NCBI GenBank assembly: GCA_964621085.1
Contig: CAZUKY010000001.1
Location: forward strand, 22,951 to 86,950
DNA from: an uncultured Gammaproteobacteria bacterium
GTDB taxonomy: Bacteria; Patescibacteriota; Patescibacteriia; JACQRZ01
Reading direction: 5' to 3'
DNA length: 64,000 nucleotides
Part shown: in pieces, positions 61,122 through 64,000 of the stretch
How positions within the stretch are numbered: position 1 is the first letter of the stretch
Layout: each line of letters begins with the position of its first letter
Translations under genes and position numbers: made by a program
The notes under the pieces: generated by a model
Told to the model about the DNA's origin: nothing
What the model saw: the letters and a program-made list of their open reading frames with translations, nothing else
Databases searched by the model: none

Positions 61122-61634
61122 CTATGTTAGCGCAAAGGAATCCGATGCCCTGCGGCGGGATATTCCTAGATACGCCGCGGCAAAAACGGCAGCCTGAAAT
61201 GCTACTGCGCCCGCAAATGGAATGAGTGCCGCAAAAATGGATCCAAGAGAGATTGCATATCCTCCTCCAATGCCTGCTTTCGCTAATGCAAAAAAAATGC
61301 CGCTCTTCACGAACGATACGGCAACAAGGATGATGGCGCCGAGAAGCTCAAGCGCAAGCAGGGAGCGATCGGTAAAGGTGGATCCGGAAATGCGTCCTGC
61401 AGCCGCCGCGCACAAGGGATACACAAGCAGATGAACCCCAAAGACCGGCGAAAAAACATCCAGAACTACACCGTATGCCAGACCAAACCACGCGGCCGTT
61501 CGAGCGGAACGGAAAAACGAAAGAAGGATAACGGCACAGAGTCCGACATCTGCAAACGGCACGACGCTTAACTGGAGTATCGCAAGCGCACTTACGCCCG
61601 CGAGAAAAGCAAGGGCGATGCGCATATCAGGCAT
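61122..61634 (-). CDS. Rod shape-determining protein MreD-like membrane protein
   Basis: 170 aa with about 5 TM segments, immediately upstream of the PBP2 gene in the conventional mreD-mrdA order. Confidence 0.4.
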   Translation of the reverse strand: MPDMRIALAFLAGVSALAILQLSVVPFADVGLCAVILLSFFRSARTAAWFGLAYGVVLDVFSPVFGVHLLVYPLCAAAAGRISGSTFTDRSLLALELLGAIILVAVSFVKSGIFFALAKAGIGGGYAISLGSIFAALIPFAGAVAFQAAVFAAAYLGISRRRASDSFALT

Positions 61635-61913
61635 TTACTTCAGGTAGCTTGAGAACTTTGAGACCATGAGTTTTTTGAGCTCGTCATGGGCGCGCGAAAA
61701 CGCCTCCTTTGCACAGCGCTCCAAGCGCTCCTTGTCGCCGACGATCTCATCAGAAATCTCGACACTGACAACGCTCTGGTTGCCGTCCATCGTAACCCGA
61801 AAAAACCCGCCTGACGCGCTCCCGACAACCACTTCTTTCGAAAGCTGGTCGGACAGCTGCTTTGCCTGCTTGCGCATCTCGCTCATGTCCTTGATTTTGT
61901 CGAGAAATGACAT
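61635..61913 (-). CDS. ybaB: Nucleoid-associated protein YbaB/EbfC
   Basis: MSFLDKIKDMSEMRKQAKQL... and the GSASGGFFRVTMDGNQSVVSVEIS core. Confidence 0.8.
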   Translation of the reverse strand: MSFLDKIKDMSEMRKQAKQLSDQLSKEVVVGSASGGFFRVTMDGNQSVVSVEISDEIVGDKERLERCAKEAFSRAHDELKKLMVSKFSSYLK

Positions 61914-61924
61914 TTTCGTGTGCG

Positions 61925-62557
61925 TTAAGAATGAAATTCTGATAACGGACAATTGGCATGATCGTGCGGCCGGGCCGGACAGTACTTCCGGCCGTATTCA
62001 ATCAGCAAGTAGGTAACGTTCAACCACTCGCGCCGCGGCACAATCATCATCAGATCACGCTCAATTTTATTCGGATCAGCGCTCTCTGTCAATCCGAGCT
62101 TATGCGAAAGCCGCATGACATGCGTATCAACCGCAATGCCTTCAATAACGCCATACGCATTTCCAAGAACGACGTTTGCGGTCTTTCGGGCGACGCCAGA
62201 CAAGAGAAGCATCTCATCCATGGTTCGCGGCACGTTGCCGCCGAATCGATCGCGAACCATGCGCGCTGCGGCAAGGATATGTTTTGCCTTATTTTTGTAA
62301 TACCCGCAAGAAAAGATATCCTGTTCAAATTCATGAGGGTTTGCATTGACGTAATCCTCAAGCGTGCGGTATTTCTCAAAAAGTTTTGCCGTGACCTTGT
62401 TTACCTGAACGTCAGTGCATTGCGCCGAGAGCTGCACTGCGACCACAAGCTCCCACGGGTTTGAGTAGTTCAGGACGATTTTTGCGTCAGGAAACAACTG
62501 CCGAAGGATCGCAATAATTTTTTGCACCCGTTGTTTTCTTTCTGAGACACTCCTCAT
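61925..62557 (-). CDS. nth: Endonuclease III
   Basis: HhH-GPD fold with a C-terminal 4Fe-4S cluster motif Cx6Cx2Cx5C (CPARPHDHANC...). Confidence 0.9.
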   Translation of the reverse strand: MRSVSERKQRVQKIIAILRQLFPDAKIVLNYSNPWELVVAVQLSAQCTDVQVNKVTAKLFEKYRTLEDYVNANPHEFEQDIFSCGYYKNKAKHILAAARMVRDRFGGNVPRTMDEMLLLSGVARKTANVVLGNAYGVIEGIAVDTHVMRLSHKLGLTESADPNKIERDLMMIVPRREWLNVTYLLIEYGRKYCPARPHDHANCPLSEFHS

Positions 62558-62568
62558 TGCGAAGTGAT

Positions 62569-62886
62569 TTACCGTATCGCGCTCCCGTCGCTCACACCTT
62601 TTTCCGGGGTTAAAAAGACCGGCGAACCGTCTCCGGCTGCGAGGAGCATTCCCTGACTCTCGATACCCATAAGCCTCCGCGGTTCGAGATTTGCTATGAT
62701 GACAATTTGGCGTCCGATAAGCGCTTCGGGCTCATACGCCGTACCGATGCCAGCGACAATCGTGCGCTGCTCCGTGCCCAAACTGACGGAAAGCTTTAAA
62801 AGCTTATCAGACCCATCAACGCGCTCGGCGGCTGTTACGCCGGCGACTTTCAACTCGATTTTGGCAAAATCATCGTAAGTGATCAT
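62569..62886 (-). CDS. tRNA-binding protein (CsaA / Myf-domain-like)
   Basis: FAKIELKVAGV...GRQIVIIANLEPRRLMGIESQGMLLAA, an OB-fold tRNA-binding domain pattern. Confidence 0.7.
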   Translation of the reverse strand: MITYDDFAKIELKVAGVTAAERVDGSDKLLKLSVSLGTEQRTIVAGIGTAYEPEALIGRQIVIIANLEPRRLMGIESQGMLLAAGDGSPVFLTPEKGVSDGSAIR

Positions 62887-62887
62887 A

Positions 62888-63364
62888 TTATCTGATTCGT
62901 ACCGGCGGCGGCACGCGACTGCCGTCTTTGAAATAATCAGGATCGATTGTCCGCTCAAAACACGCCCGGCCCGGCCCGTGCTGCCAAGTTAGGGAATCCG
63001 ACCCATACGGGCGGCTCTTCACAGATGGCGAAGTGTGGCGAGTCTCATCATCAGCGAGATTAAAATGCGCGCAGAGCGTAAAGCGCAGCGGAGACTCTGC
63101 CGTATATTCATATGGCTGCCCCGTTTCCGGGTCACGCGGAGGAGTGAAGTTGTTAAAATCATTTTTCAGATCGTCCAAGCTTTGCGGCAACTCGTTTTTC
63201 CGCTGCCAATAGGAAACAATCTCACTCTGCAGGATCCCGAGATCATTGACGCGCTGCCGGTCGAATTGCCGGGCACGCTCCTGTGATGGAGATCCGATAA
63301 TAATGAATCCGACAATAATGGCGATCGCCACGAGCGCGCAGACGGCGATAACGAAGTATTTCAT
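62888..63364 (-). CDS. Hypothetical membrane-anchored protein
   Basis: N-terminal TM helix followed by a soluble domain. Confidence 0.4.
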   Translation of the reverse strand: MKYFVIAVCALVAIAIIVGFIIIGSPSQERARQFDRQRVNDLGILQSEIVSYWQRKNELPQSLDDLKNDFNNFTPPRDPETGQPYEYTAESPLRFTLCAHFNLADDETRHTSPSVKSRPYGSDSLTWQHGPGRACFERTIDPDYFKDGSRVPPPVRIR

Positions 63365-63894
63365 ACGGCTGTATCCTCGCGAGGCGCCGTTTCAGCCGGC
63401 TCTGGCGTCCGAAGCTCCTGAAAGTAGTAAAAGAAGAGAGCCGTAAGTACTGCAAGAATCGAGGTCGACTTGAGGACGAAACGAAGCTTCAATTCGCCGG
63501 ACAGGAGACTGTTCACTAACGCGATCGCATCGCCGATCATAATAAGCGCGGCGACAAAGAGCGTGAAGGAGATCAGCCACCGCCGCACCGCAACGCGCCG
63601 CCGGTCAATATCCTGGCGATAGCGCCGCGCAAGGACGACCATTGTTCCCATGTACACGGGAAATGCGATAAGCAAAGACGAGATGCCGAATCGCAGTTTT
63701 TCCAGCCGCGATTCAGCCGCATAATACGAATCAAGCTGATCAGGCACATAAGTGTTGATGATCTGAAAAACAACTGTCAAAAAACTCGCCACAACGATAT
63801 AGAGCGCAATCATGGAAAGAAGGTGCAGAAAAAAATCCTGCGCGGTCGTTTTTGGCTTACTGTGTTGAGCTAGCAGAGATTGGTTTTGCGTCAT
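63361..63894 (-). CDS. Hypothetical integral membrane protein
   Basis: About 4 TM segments; start taken at MTQNQSLL. Confidence 0.4.
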   Translation of the reverse strand: MTQNQSLLAQHSKPKTTAQDFFLHLLSMIALYIVVASFLTVVFQIINTYVPDQLDSYYAAESRLEKLRFGISSLLIAFPVYMGTMVVLARRYRQDIDRRRVAVRRWLISFTLFVAALIMIGDAIALVNSLLSGELKLRFVLKSTSILAVLTALFFYYFQELRTPEPAETAPREDTAV

Positions 63895-64000
63895 ACGAGG
63901 TTTGGGCCACGCGCGTCGTCCATGGAAATTCCGCGTGGAAATCAAGAATAAACCCGGCAGCGCCCTTATGGCCGCCGCCGCCATATTTTTGCGCGATCGC

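Overview
This is a 64 kb bacterial chromosomal segment, densely packed with housekeeping genes and with strikingly canonical sigma70-type promoters and rho-independent terminators. Recognisable genes include the glycolytic cluster eno-pgk-gap, tsf-rpsB, rpmE-prfA-(dCTP-deaminase-like)-prmC, rplY, a SEDS protein (FtsW/RodA), gyrB, the secE-nusG-rplK-rplA block, gatB, miaB-miaA, thrS, dnaE, two GT4 glycosyltransferases, an FtsQ-like gene, serS, lysS, greA, a class B PBP with an MreD-like gene, ybaB and nth. No rRNA, tRNA or CRISPR array was found. The main unusual locus is an AT-rich island at about 25.6-32.2 kb (roughly 40-45% GC against 52-58% background), lying between a convergent surface-protein gene and gyrB. 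It carries a 7-ORF minus-strand operon of overlapping genes around a Type III restriction-modification system. The order is mod, a small GYP-repeat protein whose start overlaps the mod stop (TAATG), a candidate HEPN-like protein with an RNxxxH motif, and res. The res gene is split by one in-frame TGA into a helicase ORF and a PD-(D/E)xK nuclease ORF; TGA is a genuine stop in this genome. Downstream of res are a small FtsK-gamma-like wHTH protein and a HAD-like small phosphatase. Two mod-res-intercalated genes of this kind are not the standard Type III layout, so this is the best candidate for an undescribed defence module. Other points of interest follow. A roughly 560 bp GC-rich, highly structured non-coding region lies between miaB and thrS, and may be an unclassified structured RNA. 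A promoter-to-terminator unit of about 200 nt sits upstream of thrS and is a candidate sRNA. A triple CxxC zinc-ribbon repeat protein is encoded at 8.3-8.8 kb. Several modestly GC-elevated blocks of hypothetical genes are present at 7.2-13.2 kb, 18.8-19.5 kb and 36.4-37.0 kb; the last is a self-contained cassette with a perfect promoter, SD and terminator. There is also a tandem pair of NMP-kinase-like paralogs. The lineage cannot be determined from this sequence alone.
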